DNA of 64,000 nt, taken from the NCBI GenBank assembly GCA_018242165.1, contig JAFECL010000003.1, positions 6,290 through 70,289 on the forward strand. The letters run 5' to 3'. Position numbers and translations under genes: made by a program. This document shows positions 36,603 to 47,170 of this stretch, one piece after another. Each line of letters opens with the position of its first letter. Position 1 is the stretch's first letter. The stretch comes from Pseudomonadota bacterium (GTDB lineage: Bacteria > Pseudomonadota > Alphaproteobacteria > Sphingomonadales > Sphingomonadaceae). The notes beneath the pieces are model-generated. The model saw nothing but the letters and a program-made list of their open reading frames with translations, searched no databases and was not told where the DNA came from.

Positions 36603-38427
36603 GCTGCACCCGGTGGTGGAGCGCGTTACCGCGCGGATCATCGAGCGTTCGCGCGATAGCCGGGCGGCCTATCTGGCGCTGATCGCGGCGGAGGGCGAAC
36701 GCCATACCGGGCGCGGCTTCCTCTCGTGCTCGAACCTCGCCCACGGCTTCGCGGCTGCCGAACAGGACAAGGGCGCGATCATGGCCGGGCGCGCGCCCAA
36801 CCTGGGGATCGTTACCGCCTACAACGACATGCTTTCGGCCCACCAGCCCTATGGCCGCTATCCCGAGGCGATGAAGCTCTACGCCCGCGAAGTGGGGGCG
36901 ACAGCGCAGGTGGCGGGCGCCACCCCGGCGATGTGCGACGGGGTGACCCAGGGGCAGCCGGGGATGGAACTGTCGCTGTTCAGCCGCGACGTCATCGCGA
37001 TGAGCACCGCCGTGGCGCTGAGCCACGCGATGTTCGACGGGGTGGCGCTGCTGGGCATCTGCGACAAGATCGTGCCCGGGCTGGTGATCGGCGCGCTGCG
37101 CTTTGGCCACCTGCCGGCGGTGTTCGTCCCCTCGGGCCCGATGCCCAGCGGGATCGCCAACAAGGAAAAGCAGAAGGTCCGCCAGCTCTATGCCGAAGGC
37201 AAGGTGGGGCGCGACGAGCTGCTGGCCAGCGAGGCGGCCAGCTACCATTCCGCCGGCACCTGTACCTTCTATGGCACTGCCAATTCGAACCAGATGATGC
37301 TGGAGATGATGGGGCTGCACGTGCCCGGCGCGGCCTTCGTGCCCCCCAATACCCCGCTGCGCTCGGCGCTGACCCGCGCGGCGGTGCACCGGCTGGCGGC
37401 GATCGGCAAGCATGGCGAGGATTTCCGTCCGCTGGGCCGGATGGTCGATGAAAAGGCGATCGTGAATGCCGCTGTCGGCCTGCTCGCCACCGGGGGCAGT
37501 ACCAACCACGCGATCCACCTGCCGGCGATGGCCCGCGCCGCCGGGGTGCGGATCGACTGGCAGGATCTCGACGAGCTGTCCGCCGTGGTGCCGCTGATCG
37601 CCCGGGTCTATCCCAATGGCGAGGGCGACGTGAACCACTTCCACGCCGCCGGTGGCATGGCCTGGGTGGTGCGCGAACTGGTCGGCGCGGGGCTGGCCCA
37701 TGGCGATCTGCTGACCGTGGCGGCCGGCGGCATGGCCGCCTATGCCGAGGAACCCGTGCTGGACGAGGCGGGTGCGCTGGCCTGGCGCCCGGCCCCCGAT
37801 CACAGCCACGATCCCGCCATGCTGCGTCCGGTCGCCGATCCGTTTCAGGGCGACGGGGGGATGCGGCTGGTCTCGGGCAACCTCGGCCGCGGCACTTTCA
37901 AGACCAGCGCGGTCGCTGCCGAACGCTGGACGATCGAGGCTCCGGCGCGGGTGTTCGACAGCCAGGAGGCGGTACAGGCGGCCTTCAAGGCAGGCGAACT
38001 TGACCGCGACGTGGTGGTGGTGGTCCGCTTCCAGGGGCCGCGCGCCAACGGGATGCCCGAACTCCACAAGCTGACCCCGCCGCTTGGCGTGCTGCAGGAC
38101 AAGGGCTTCAAGGTCGCGCTGGTGACCGACGGGCGGATGTCGGGCGCCAGCGGCAAGGTGCCGGCGGCGATCCATGTCACGCCAGAGGCGCTGGCCAGCC
38201 CCACCCATCCCGCCGGCCCGCTGGCGCTGGTGCAGGATGGCGACGTGATCCGGCTGTGCGCCCATTCGGGCAGCATCGAGGTGCTGGCCGATCTGTCCGG
38301 GCGCACCCCGGCCCCGCCGCCCGCACCCGAGGTCGGCATGGGCCGCGAGCTGTTCGCCATGTTCCGCCATCTGGCCGATGGGGCCGAGGCGGGCGGATCG
38401 GCCATGCTGGCCGCCGGGGGGCTGTGA
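36595..38427 (+). CDS. edd: Phosphogluconate dehydratase
   Basis: 'CSNLAHGFA', '[11 protein letters not shown]', 'CDGVTQG', '[10 protein letters not shown]'. Confidence 0.97.
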   Translation: MSKLHPVVERVTARIIERSRDSRAAYLALIAAEGERHTGRGFLSCSNLAHGFAAAEQDKGAIMAGRAPNLGIVTAYNDMLSAHQPYGRYPEAMKLYAREVGATAQVAGATPAMCDGVTQGQPGMELSLFSRDVIAMSTAVALSHAMFDGVALLGICDKIVPGLVIGALRFGHLPAVFVPSGPMPSGIANKEKQKVRQLYAEGKVGRDELLASEAASYHSAGTCTFYGTANSNQMMLEMMGLHVPGAAFVPPNTPLRSALTRAAVHRLAAIGKHGEDFRPLGRMVDEKAIVNAAVGLLATGGSTNHAIHLPAMARAAGVRIDWQDLDELSAVVPLIARVYPNGEGDVNHFHAAGGMAWVVRELVGAGLAHGDLLTVAAGGMAAYAEEPVLDEAGALAWRPAPDHSHDPAMLRPVADPFQGDGGMRLVSGNLGRGTFKTSAVAAERWTIEAPARVFDSQEAVQAAFKAGELDRDVVVVVRFQGPRANGMPELHKLTPPLGVLQDKGFKVALVTDGRMSGASGKVPAAIHVTPEALASPTHPAGPLALVQDGDVIRLCAHSGSIEVLADLSGRTPAPPPAPEVGMGRELFAMFRHLADGAEAGGSAMLAAGGL

Positions 38428-39401
38428 TGACCGCGCTGGTCACCGTCGACATCGGCGGCACCCATGCCCGCTTTGCGTTGGCCGAAATCGCCGCCAACGG
38501 GGCGATCACGCTGGGTGAGCCGGTAACGCTCCACACCCGCGACCATGCCAGCTTCCAGACCGCGTGGGAGGATTTCGCCCGGCTGAGCGGCGGTACCCTG
38601 CCGCGTGCCGTGGCCATTGCGGTGGCCGGGCCAGTGGGCGGTGAGGTGATCCGTTTCACCAACAACCCATGGATCATCCGCCCGGCGCTGATCCCGGAAA
38701 AGCTGGGGGTGGAACGCTTCAGTCTGGTCAACGATTTCGGCGCGGTCGGCCATGCCGTGGCGCGTGCGGGGGGCGAGCACTTCCTCCATCTGGCCGGCCC
38801 CGAGGTGGACCTGCCGGCCAGCGGCACGCTCAGCGTGGTGGGGCCTGGCACCGGGCTTGGCGTCGCCCATGTCTGGCGCGACGGGCAGGGCGGCTACCGC
38901 GTTCAGGCGACCGAGGGCGGGCACATCGATTTCGCCCCGCTCGACAGCATCGAGGATGCGGTGCTGGGCCGCTTGCGTCAGCGCTATCGCCGGGTTTCGG
39001 CCGAGCGGGTGGTGTCGGGCCCGGGGCTGGTCGATATCTACGAGGCACTGGCGGCGATGGAAGGCCGGGCGATCCAGCCGCTCGACGACAAGTCGCTGTG
39101 GACGCTGGGCACCAGCGGGGAAGACAGCCTGGCCGCCGCCGCGGTCGATCGGTTCTGCCTCTCGCTCGGTTCGGTCGCGGGCGATCTGGCGCTGGCCCAG
39201 GGAGCCTGCGGCGTGGTGGTGGCCGGGGGGCTGGGCCTCAGGATCAAGGACACCCTGCTGAAGTCGGGCTTTGCCAGCCGGTTCCGCGCCAAGGGCCGGT
39301 TCGAAGGGCTGATGGCCGGCCTGCCGGTCAAACTGATCACCCACCCCCAGCCCGGCCTGTTCGGCGCCGCTGCCGCCTTTGCCTCGGAGCATCTTGGATG
39401 A
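38427..39401 (+). CDS. glk: Glucokinase
   Basis: 'DIGGTHARF', 'VNDF', 'GPGTGLG', 'EGGH', 'ERVVSGPGL'. Confidence 0.96.
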   Translation: MTALVTVDIGGTHARFALAEIAANGAITLGEPVTLHTRDHASFQTAWEDFARLSGGTLPRAVAIAVAGPVGGEVIRFTNNPWIIRPALIPEKLGVERFSLVNDFGAVGHAVARAGGEHFLHLAGPEVDLPASGTLSVVGPGTGLGVAHVWRDGQGGYRVQATEGGHIDFAPLDSIEDAVLGRLRQRYRRVSAERVVSGPGLVDIYEALAAMEGRAIQPLDDKSLWTLGTSGEDSLAAAAVDRFCLSLGSVAGDLALAQGACGVVVAGGLGLRIKDTLLKSGFASRFRAKGRFEGLMAGLPVKLITHPQPGLFGAAAAFASEHLG

Positions 39402-40012
39402 GCACTATCGAAAGCATCATGCGCATGGCCCCGGTGATCCCGGTGCTGGTGATCGAGGATGTCGCCCACGCCGTGCCGGTGGCGCAGGCGCTGGTGGCCG
39501 GCGGCCTGCCGGTGCTGGAAGTAACGCTGCGCACGCCCTGCGCGCTCGACGTGATCCGGGCGATGAAGGCGGTGCCCGGCGCGGTGGTCGGTGCCGGCAC
39601 GGTGCTTAATCCGGGCGACCTCGACGCGGCGATCGGGGCAGGGGCCGAATTCATCGTCTCGCCCGGGCTGACCGAACCGCTTGGCAAGGCGGCGGTGGCC
39701 AGCGGCGTGCCCTTCCTGCCCGGCACCGCCAATGCCGGCGATGTGATGCGGGGCCTTGATCTTGGCCTCAACCGCTTCAAGTTCTTCCCGGCGGAAGCAT
39801 CGGGCGGGCTGAAGGCGCTGGCCGCCATCGCCGCGCCTTTCGGCATGGCCCGCTTCTGCCCCACTGGCGGCATCACGCAGGACAGCGCACCCGCCTGGCT
39901 GGCGCACGATGCAGTGCTGTGCGTTGGCGGTTCGTGGCTGGTCGGCAAGGGCGCGCCTGATGTCGCGGTGATCGAGGCCCGGGCCCGCGCCGCCAGCGCC
40001 TTGCGCGGCTGA
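39398..40012 (+). CDS. eda: KDPG/KHG aldolase
   Basis: 'LEVTLRT', 'VGAGTV', 'FKFFPA', 'FCPTGGI'. Confidence 0.97.
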   Translation: MSTIESIMRMAPVIPVLVIEDVAHAVPVAQALVAGGLPVLEVTLRTPCALDVIRAMKAVPGAVVGAGTVLNPGDLDAAIGAGAEFIVSPGLTEPLGKAAVASGVPFLPGTANAGDVMRGLDLGLNRFKFFPAEASGGLKALAAIAAPFGMARFCPTGGITQDSAPAWLAHDAVLCVGGSWLVGKGAPDVAVIEARARAASALRG

Positions 40013-40052
40013 GCACGCGGCGCCACTATACCCCGGTGAAGGAGCCCACCCG

Positions 40053-42824
40053 ATGAGCGAGATCGCCGCGCTGGAAGCGCGCCTGCAGGAACTGCACGCC
40101 CGCACCGCCGAAACCCCGCTGTTCAATCCGGTGTTCCAGCTGAGCCTCGAACTGTCGCGGCGGCTGGAAAGCGGCGCGCTGGGGCTCGACGCGCTCGAGG
40201 CCATGGTCGCCGAGCTGGAGTGCGAGGGGTTGCGGGCCCGGGCCGGCCGGCTGCATCGCCTGCTGGCCCCGGTCGATCGGGCGACGAACCTTGCGGCGGT
40301 GGCCGGGCTGGCCCCGGGCGACGATTTCAGCGCCTTTGCCAGCCATTGGTCGCGCCCGCTGGCTCATGTGGTCTTCACCGCACACCCCACCTTCCTGCTG
40401 AACGCCGCCCAGTCGGCCACCGTTGCGGCGGCGGCAACCAGCGGCGATCTCGATCGCGGCACGGTCTGCGCCGCCAGCCACGCCCGCGATGCGATCACGC
40501 TGGATGCCGAGCACGCCGCCGCGATGGCCGCGCTGGAGCGGGCGCAGGATGCCCGCGACGCGATCAATGCCGCGCTGTTCGACCGGGCCCGACGGGCCTG
40601 GCCCAAGCGCTGGCGGGCGCTGGCGCCACTGCCGTTCCGCTTCGCCAGCTGGGTCGGCTATGACATGGATGGTCGCACCGACATCACCTGGGCCACCTCG
40701 ACCCGCTATCGGCTGGAGGAAAAGGCGCAGCGGCTGGGGCGTTATGCCGCCGGTCTGGCCGGGCTTGCGCCCGATCTTGCCGCCATGCTGGAGCGTGCGG
40801 CGGCCCATGCCGCGGCCATGGCGGCCCATTTCGCCGGGGATCTGACCGATCCCGCCGCGCTGTCCTCAGCCGCCAATACGCTGACCGCCGATCACCCGGA
40901 CAAGCTGGTCGCGCTGGCCCCGGTGATTGCCGAACTGGAAGCCCGCGCCGCCGAGGCCGAAGCTGGCGCGGCGCAGGCGCTGCTGGTGGTGGCCGCCGCG
41001 ATGCGGGCCGACGGGCTGGGGATGGGCTGGGTCCATTTCCGGGTCAATTCCAGCCAGCTGCAGAACGCCATCCGGCGCCGGATCGATACCGATGGCACGC
41101 TCGACCTCGCCAGCCAGGCCGCGACGGTGCGGATGCGCGAACTGCTGGCCGAGGCCAAGCCGCTGCGGGCCAATTTCGCCGCCCTGGCCATCGAGACCAG
41201 CACCGCGATCCGCCAGTTCCTGATCATGCGCGAGATCCTCCACCACATCGATGCCGAGGCGCCGATCCGCATGCTGGTGGCGGAATGCGAGCAGCCGACG
41301 ACGATGCTGGCGGCGCTCTATTTCGCCAAGCTGTTCGGGATCGCCGACCGGGTCGACGTGTCGCCGCTGTTCGAGACCGAGACGGCGCTGGAACACGGCG
41401 GGCGCTTCCTCGATGCCCTGCTGGCCGAGCCGGCCTACCGCGACTATGCCCGCGTCCGTGGCCGGGTGGCGATCCAGACCGGCTTTTCCGATGCCGGGCG
41501 TTTCGTCGGGCAGATCCCCGCGGCGCTGGCGATCGAGCGGCTGCAAGGCCGGCTGGCCGAGGCGATGGTGGCCAATGGCCTGGCCGACGTTGCCGCGCTG
41601 GTCTTCAACACCCATGGCGAAAGCATGGGGCGCGGGGCCCATCCGGCCAGCTTTGCCGACCGGCTGGAATGGCCGCTGTCGCCCTGGGCGCGGCGGCGCT
41701 TTGCCCGCGCCGGGCTGAAGCTCGAGGCCGAGGTCAGCTTCCAGGGCGGCGATGGCTATCTGTTCTTCGGCACGCCCGAACTGGCGCTGGCTACCCTCAG
41801 CCGCTTTGCCGAAACCCCGCCCGGCCTGGCCGATACGGCGGCGGCGCCCGATCCCTTCTACCGCCGCACCGATCTCAGCCTTGATTTCTATCGGGCGATC
41901 CGCCGGGTCCAGCAACGCCACCTCAACAGTGCGACCTACCCCCGCGCGGTCACCGCCTTTGGCCTCGGGATGCTCAACGATACCGGCAGCCGCAAGTCGC
42001 GCCGCCAGTCGGACCTTGCCGCCGATCGCTCGATGTCGCTGCGCCAGATCCGCGCCATCCCGCACAATGCGGTGCTGCAGCAGCTGGGCTATCCGGTCAA
42101 CGTGATCGCCGGGTTCGGCACCGCCGCCGATGGGATCTACGAAGAGATGGCCGGGCTGCTGCGCGAAAGCCATCGCGGGCGCCAGCTGGTGCGGCTGGTG
42201 CGGGCCGCCGATGCCCTGGCCAGCATCAAGACGGTGGCGGCCTATGGCGAGCTGTACAATTCGGCCTACTGGGCCAGCCGGCCCTATCGCGGAAGCGAGG
42301 GCGCGATTGCCGACCAGTGCCTGCAGCTGGCCGAATACCTGACCAGCGACGATCGCGCCGGGGTATTCCGCCGGCTGGCCTCGCGCCTCAGGGTCGATGC
42401 GCTGAAGCTGCACCGCCTGCTCGATCCGGTGCCCGACGAGACTCCGGCGCCGGCCCGCGAGGAAACCCGCCGGCTGCTGGGCGTGGCCCATGCGCTGCGG
42501 CTGGCGCTGTTCCAGCACATGTTCCTGAAGGTGGTTTCGGTGCCGGTGTTCAGCCGGGCCAATGACATCGCCCGCGAAGACGTGCTGGAGATGGTCTTTA
42601 CCCTGCGGATCGACGAGGCACTGACCCAGCTGCGCCGGGCCTTCCCCAGCGAAAGCCCCAGCCTCGCCGATTTCGCGGTCAACGAACCCGCCGACTACCC
42701 CGACGAAGGGGCGACCGGCTATGGCGCGATCAACCGCGACTGCATCCAGCCGATCGAACGCGCCCAGGCGCTGGCGCTGCGGATTGCCATCGCGGTCGCC
42801 AACGCCTTCGGGGCGCACGGGTAG
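40053..42824 (+). CDS. ppc: Phosphoenolpyruvate carboxylase-like protein (divergent)
   Basis: 'VFTAHPT', 'SPLFET', 'GFSDAGR', 'IRAIPH'; 923 aa; several canonical motifs altered. Confidence 0.8.
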   Translation: MSEIAALEARLQELHARTAETPLFNPVFQLSLELSRRLESGALGLDALEAMVAELECEGLRARAGRLHRLLAPVDRATNLAAVAGLAPGDDFSAFASHWSRPLAHVVFTAHPTFLLNAAQSATVAAAATSGDLDRGTVCAASHARDAITLDAEHAAAMAALERAQDARDAINAALFDRARRAWPKRWRALAPLPFRFASWVGYDMDGRTDITWATSTRYRLEEKAQRLGRYAAGLAGLAPDLAAMLERAAAHAAAMAAHFAGDLTDPAALSSAANTLTADHPDKLVALAPVIAELEARAAEAEAGAAQALLVVAAAMRADGLGMGWVHFRVNSSQLQNAIRRRIDTDGTLDLASQAATVRMRELLAEAKPLRANFAALAIETSTAIRQFLIMREILHHIDAEAPIRMLVAECEQPTTMLAALYFAKLFGIADRVDVSPLFETETALEHGGRFLDALLAEPAYRDYARVRGRVAIQTGFSDAGRFVGQIPAALAIERLQGRLAEAMVANGLADVAALVFNTHGESMGRGAHPASFADRLEWPLSPWARRRFARAGLKLEAEVSFQGGDGYLFFGTPELALATLSRFAETPPGLADTAAAPDPFYRRTDLSLDFYRAIRRVQQRHLNSATYPRAVTAFGLGMLNDTGSRKSRRQSDLAADRSMSLRQIRAIPHNAVLQQLGYPVNVIAGFGTAADGIYEEMAGLLRESHRGRQLVRLVRAADALASIKTVAAYGELYNSAYWASRPYRGSEGAIADQCLQLAEYLTSDDRAGVFRRLASRLRVDALKLHRLLDPVPDETPAPAREETRRLLGVAHALRLALFQHMFLKVVSVPVFSRANDIAREDVLEMVFTLRIDEALTQLRRAFPSESPSLADFAVNEPADYPDEGATGYGAINRDCIQPIERAQALALRIAIAVANAFGAHG

Positions 42825-42827
42825 GGG

Positions 42828-43478
42828 TCAGGCGCGGCCCTTCGGGGCGGCCGTCTTGCGCTTGAAGCCGCACAGGTCGGCCACGGCGCAGCGCCAGCAT
42901 TCGGGGGTGCGGGCCTTGCAGACATAGCGGCCGTGGAGGATCAGCCAGTGGTGCGCGCCGCGCCGGAACGGGGCAGGCACCTTCCTTTCCAGCGCCTTTT
43001 CCACCGCCAGCACGGTCTTGCCCGGGGCGAGGCCGGTGCGGTTGCCGAGGCGGAAGATGTGGGTGTCGACCGCGAAGGTCTCGGCGCCGAAGGCGGTGTT
43101 GAGCACCACGTTGGCGGTCTTGCGCCCCACCCCGGGCAGCGCCTCCAGCGCGGCGCGGTCGGCCGGCACCTCGCCGCCATGATCGCGCAGCAGGATCTCC
43201 GAGAGGGCGATCACGTTCTTCGCCTTGGCGTTGAACAGGCCAATGGTCTTGATGTGCTGCTTCAGCCCGTCCTCGCCCAGCGCGACCATCTCGGCGGGCG
43301 TAGTGACCACGCGGAACAGCGCCCGGGTCGCCTTGTTGACCCCCACGTCGGTCGCCTGCGCCGACAGCACCACCGCCACCAGCAGCTGGTAGGTGTTGCC
43401 GTATTCCAGCTCGGTCTGCGGGTCGGGGTTGGCCTCGGCCAGGCGGCGGAACAGTTCGAAGATCGCCTCGCGCTTCAT
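42828..43478 (-). CDS. nth: Endonuclease III
   Basis: 'LSAQATD', HhH 'LPGVGRKTANV', 'VDTH', C-X6-C-X2-C-X5-C. Confidence 0.97.
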   Translation of the reverse strand: MKREAIFELFRRLAEANPDPQTELEYGNTYQLLVAVVLSAQATDVGVNKATRALFRVVTTPAEMVALGEDGLKQHIKTIGLFNAKAKNVIALSEILLRDHGGEVPADRAALEALPGVGRKTANVVLNTAFGAETFAVDTHIFRLGNRTGLAPGKTVLAVEKALERKVPAPFRRGAHHWLILHGRYVCKARTPECWRCAVADLCGFKRKTAAPKGRA

Positions 43479-44206
43479 GCCAGATCGAGCACCTGGCGCA
43501 TGGTATAGCGGCCGGGGTCGCGGCCAGCCAGCCAGCAGGCGGCGCGCACCGCGCCGGTGGCGAAGATCGAGCGATCCTCGGCCAGGTGCGAGAGGGTCAG
43601 CCGCTCGGCATGGCCGAGGAAATGCACCGCATGGTCGCCCGCCACCGTCCCTCCGCGCAAGGAGGCAAAGCCGATGCTGCCTTCCAGCCGCTTGCCGGTG
43701 ATCCCGTCGCGGGCGCGGGCCATGGCCTGTTGCAGATCGGCGCCGCGCCCCTTGGCTGCCGCCTCGCCCAGCAGCAGCGCGGTGCCCGAGGGGGCGTCGA
43801 CCTTCATCCGGTGGTGCGTCTCGACCACCTCGATATCCCATTCGGGCCCCAGCCGCGCGGCGGCCTGTTCGACCAGCCAGCCCAGCAGCTGCACCCCCAG
43901 GCTGGTGTTCCCGGTCTGCAATACGGCAACCCGTTCGGCGGCCTGGTCGATCAGCCAGTGGTGGCGTTCCTCGAGCCCGGTGGTGCCGACCACGATCGGG
44001 GTCCCGGCGGCGATCGCGGCGTCGAGGCTGGCTTCGAGCGCGTGGGGGCTCGAGAAATCGACCAGCGCCTCGCTCGCCCGGGCCAGCGCCAGCGGGTCGC
44101 CCCCGTGGTCGATCCCGCCGGCCAGCCGGCAGCCGGCGGCCTCGATCGCCACGGCCAGCGCCTTGCCCATGCGCCCCGCGCTGCCGATGATGCCGATGCC
44201 CGTCAT
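43475..44206 (-). CDS. dapB: 4-hydroxy-tetrahydrodipicolinate reductase
   Basis: 'GSAGRMG', 'VGTTG', 'ETHHRMKVDAPSGTA'. Confidence 0.97.
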   Translation of the reverse strand: MTGIGIIGSAGRMGKALAVAIEAAGCRLAGGIDHGGDPLALARASEALVDFSSPHALEASLDAAIAAGTPIVVGTTGLEERHHWLIDQAAERVAVLQTGNTSLGVQLLGWLVEQAAARLGPEWDIEVVETHHRMKVDAPSGTALLLGEAAAKGRGADLQQAMARARDGITGKRLEGSIGFASLRGGTVAGDHAVHFLGHAERLTLSHLAEDRSIFATGAVRAACWLAGRDPGRYTMRQVLDLA

Positions 44207-44240
44207 TGCCGTCTCCGTTCCGCCGTGCTTCATGGGCGAC

Positions 44241-44939
44241 ATGCGCGCGCTTCGCAACATCGTGGTGCTGACCGGGGCCGGGGTTTCGGCGGAAAGCGGG
44301 ATCGACACCTTTCGTTCGGCCGGGGGCCTGTGGGAACAGCACCGGGTGGAGGATGTCGCCACGCCCGAGGGCTTTGCCCGCGATCCCGACCTGGTGCTGC
44401 GCTTTTACGACATGCGCCGCGCCGCGATCCAGACCAGGCAGCCCAACGCCGCCCATCTGGCGCTGGCGCGGCTGGAGGCTGAATGGCCGGGCGAACTGCT
44501 GCTGGTGACCCAGAATGTCGATGATCTGCACGAACGGGCGGGCAGCCGCCGCCTGATCCACATGCATGGCGAACACCTCAACGCCTGGTGCAGCGCCTGC
44601 GATGCCCGCCATGGCTGGACCGGCCCGCTGATCGACCGGCCGCCGTGCCCGGCCTGCGGCGTGCCGGCCCTGCGCCCCGACGTGGTCTGGTTCGGCGAGA
44701 TGCCCTACCGGATGGACGAGATTTACGCGGCGATCGCGCGGGCCGATCTGTTCGTCTCGATCGGCACTTCGGGCGCGGTCTATCCGGCCGCGGGGTTCGT
44801 GCACACCGCCCGCGAGGCGGGGGCACGATGCCTCGAACTCAATCTCGAACGCAGTCAGGGTTCGGGCTGGTTCCACGAAAGCCGGCTGGGCCCGGCCAGC
44901 GAACTGGTCCCGGCATGGGTGGAGGAGCTGTTGCGATGA
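44241..44939 (+). CDS. cobB: NAD-dependent protein deacylase (sirtuin)
   Basis: 'LTGAGVSAESGIDTFR', 'TQNVDDLH', 'HG', Zn CxxC pairs, 'IGTSGAVYPAA'. Confidence 0.95.
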   Translation: MRALRNIVVLTGAGVSAESGIDTFRSAGGLWEQHRVEDVATPEGFARDPDLVLRFYDMRRAAIQTRQPNAAHLALARLEAEWPGELLLVTQNVDDLHERAGSRRLIHMHGEHLNAWCSACDARHGWTGPLIDRPPCPACGVPALRPDVVWFGEMPYRMDEIYAAIARADLFVSIGTSGAVYPAAGFVHTAREAGARCLELNLERSQGSGWFHESRLGPASELVPAWVEELLR

Positions 44940-45274
44940 GTGGACACCACGGCTCCTGCCATTGCGGCACAATCCGCCTGGAACTGCGCGACGAGCCGGC
45001 CGAAGCGGCGGAGTGCAACTGCTCGATCTGTCGCCGCACCGGGGCGCTGTGGCACTACAGCAATCCCGCGCAGGTCAGCATCGCGGGGGAAGGGGCAGGC
45101 TATATCCAGGGCGACCGGATGCTGAGCCTGTGGCACTGCCCGACCTGCGGCTGCATCACCCACTGGACCGCGACCGATCCGGCCTATCCGCGCATGGGGG
45201 TCAACCTCAGGATGTTCGAGCCGGGCCTGTGGGCCGAATTGCCGCGCAAGCTGATCGACGGGGCGAGCTATTAG
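44936..45274 (+). CDS. GFA/CENP-V family Zn protein
   Basis: 'GSCHCG', 'CNCSIC', 'CPTCG'. Confidence 0.9.
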   Translation: MSGHHGSCHCGTIRLELRDEPAEAAECNCSICRRTGALWHYSNPAQVSIAGEGAGYIQGDRMLSLWHCPTCGCITHWTATDPAYPRMGVNLRMFEPGLWAELPRKLIDGASY

Positions 45275-46041
45275 CCGGCGCAGGCCTTGCAGGCGGGGTC
45301 GCGCGGCACGGTGATCGTGCGGATCGCCGGGGCCAGCCCGTCGATCAGCTGCAGCTTGCCCCATTGCGGATCGCCCAGGGTGCAGGTGCCCGCCACCAGC
45401 ACCCGGATCGCGGCCATCGCGGCCATGGTGCCGACCATGCCGACGAATGCGCCCAGCACCCCGTCGGCGGCGCAGCTGTCGCAATCTTCGGCATCGAAGG
45501 CTTCGCCGACCCAGCAGCGATAGCAGGCCTGATCGGGCAGGTGCCCGGCAAAATTGGCCACCTGCCCCTGGAACCGGCCCACTGCCGCACTGGTCAGCGG
45601 AATGCCCAGCGCGACGCAGGCATCGGATACGGCTAGCCGGGTCGCGAAATTGTCACAGCCATCGAGCACAAGGGTCGCGCCCTCGAGCATCCCGGCCGCC
45701 CGATCCTCCCCGATCCGCCCCACCACGGCCCGGACCTCGAGGGCGCCATCGAACCGCTGCACCCAGTCCGCCGCCGCCTGCGCCTTGGCGCGGCCGAGAT
45801 CGTCTTCGGTGAAGACTGTCTGCCGCTGGAGGTTGCTGGCCTCGACCACGTCGTCGTCGATCAGGGTCAGGCGGCCGACCCCGGCGGCGGCGAGATACTG
45901 GATCGCCGGGCTGCCGATCCCGCCGCAGCCGATCACCGCGACATGCGCGCCGGCCAGTGCCATCTGCCCGGCGCCGCCCAGTTCGGGCAGGACGATGTGG
46001 CGGGCAAAGCGGTCGAGTCGGTCAGGCGGCAGGGTCACCAC
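45271..46041 (-). CDS. HesA/MoeB/ThiF family adenylyltransferase
   Basis: 'RFARHIVLPE', 'GCGGIG', 'SNLQRQ', 'DGCDNF', two CxxC. Confidence 0.93.
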   Translation of the reverse strand: MVTLPPDRLDRFARHIVLPELGGAGQMALAGAHVAVIGCGGIGSPAIQYLAAAGVGRLTLIDDDVVEASNLQRQTVFTEDDLGRAKAQAAADWVQRFDGALEVRAVVGRIGEDRAAGMLEGATLVLDGCDNFATRLAVSDACVALGIPLTSAAVGRFQGQVANFAGHLPDQACYRCWVGEAFDAEDCDSCAADGVLGAFVGMVGTMAAMAAIRVLVAGTCTLGDPQWGKLQLIDGLAPAIRTITVPRDPACKACAG

Positions 46042-46092
46042 CCCCAGCTAGGCTGGCGGGGCCGGCGTGGCAATGCCGGCCCCGCCAGCCGA

Positions 46093-46647
46093 TCAGCCGC
46101 GCAGCCTGGCGGCGATGGCGGCAACCCGCTCGCCATAGAGCCGGGCCGAAGCCAGATCGCCGCCGTGAACCTCGTCGATCCCGGCATCCGAGGGCGAACG
46201 GACCAGCAGGCCGACCGAACCGCCCAGGTTGTTGAGATCTTCATGCGTCGCGGCCTTGTGGTTGCTGGGCGCCAGCCCCAGGCTGACCCAGATCCCGCCG
46301 TGCTGGCTGGCCAGGGTCTGCATCTGGATCAGCGTGACCTGCTTGTCGCCCGAGGGGCTGGCCGAATTGGTGAAGCCGCCGAACACCTTGTCGGCCCAGC
46401 CGCGCTGGAACCAGACCTTCGAGGTGGCGTCGGAGAATTTCTTGAACTGCCAGCTGGCGCTGCCCATGTAGGTGGGGGCGCCGAAGATGATCGCATCGGC
46501 GGCATCCAGCGCGGCCCAGTCCTCGGCGGTGATCTCGCCTTCGGCGCTGATCGCCACCAGCTGCGCCCCGGCGCCCTGCGCCACCTGTTCGGCCACCACC
46601 TTGGTGTGGCCATAGCCCGAATGATAGACGACGATAGTCTGTGCCAT
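46093..46647 (-). CDS. Flavodoxin-like NAD(P)H:quinone oxidoreductase (WrbA-like)
   Basis: 'YHSGYGHT', 'IIFGAPTYMG', 'FTNSAS.SGDK'. Confidence 0.9.
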   Translation of the reverse strand: MAQTIVVYHSGYGHTKVVAEQVAQGAGAQLVAISAEGEITAEDWAALDAADAIIFGAPTYMGSASWQFKKFSDATSKVWFQRGWADKVFGGFTNSASPSGDKQVTLIQMQTLASQHGGIWVSLGLAPSNHKAATHEDLNNLGGSVGLLVRSPSDAGIDEVHGGDLASARLYGERVAAIAARLRG

Positions 46648-46782
46648 TGGTATCGCTCCGTATGCAAGTTTCATTTTGTAACTTGATGACAAATCACTAC
46701 ATAGGCGCTATCGGGAAGCGGTAAAGAAGGCACTTGCGGGGAACAAGGTTCCCCTGAGGTAACTGCGGCAGGAGGGCCGGCG

Positions 46783-47160
46783 ATGGGCTACGATGTCTAC
46801 AGCGCGGATTGCCCGGCGCGCGCGGTGCTGGATCACGTCAGCGACAAGTGGGCGCTGCTGGTGCTGCACCGGCTGGGCGATGGCCCGGTGCGGTTCAACG
46901 CCTTGCGGCGCGAGATCCATGGCCTGTCGCAAAAGGTGCTGAGCCAGGTGCTGAAACGGCTGGAGCGCGACGGGCTGGTCTCGCGGCAGGTCTTCCCGAC
47001 GGTGCCGGTCACGGTCGAATATGCGCTGACTGGCCTTGGCGAATGCCTCACCGCCAATGTCGGCCCGCTGCTGCGTTGGGCCGAAAGCAACATGGGCGAA
47101 ATCCGTGCCGCCCAGGCCGCCCAGGCCGCCTACGACGCCCGGAGCGCCGAGGCCGCCTGA
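46783..47160 (+). CDS. HxlR-family transcriptional regulator
   Basis: 'CPARAVLD..DKW', 'RFNALRR', 'SQKVL..LERDGLV', 'VEYALT'; divergent from the flavodoxin gene. Confidence 0.92.
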   Translation: MGYDVYSADCPARAVLDHVSDKWALLVLHRLGDGPVRFNALRREIHGLSQKVLSQVLKRLERDGLVSRQVFPTVPVTVEYALTGLGECLTANVGPLLRWAESNMGEIRAAQAAQAAYDARSAEAA

Positions 47161-47170
47161 GCCGAGAGGC

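Noticed and set aside
35163-40012. No pgl in the zwf-edd-glk-eda cluster
   Set aside because: pgl is often encoded elsewhere; absence from one window is uninformative.
42828-44972. 714-aa ORF ending in endonuclease III
   Set aside because: Only 43478->42828 is nth; the extension overlaps dapB off-frame and cobB antisense.
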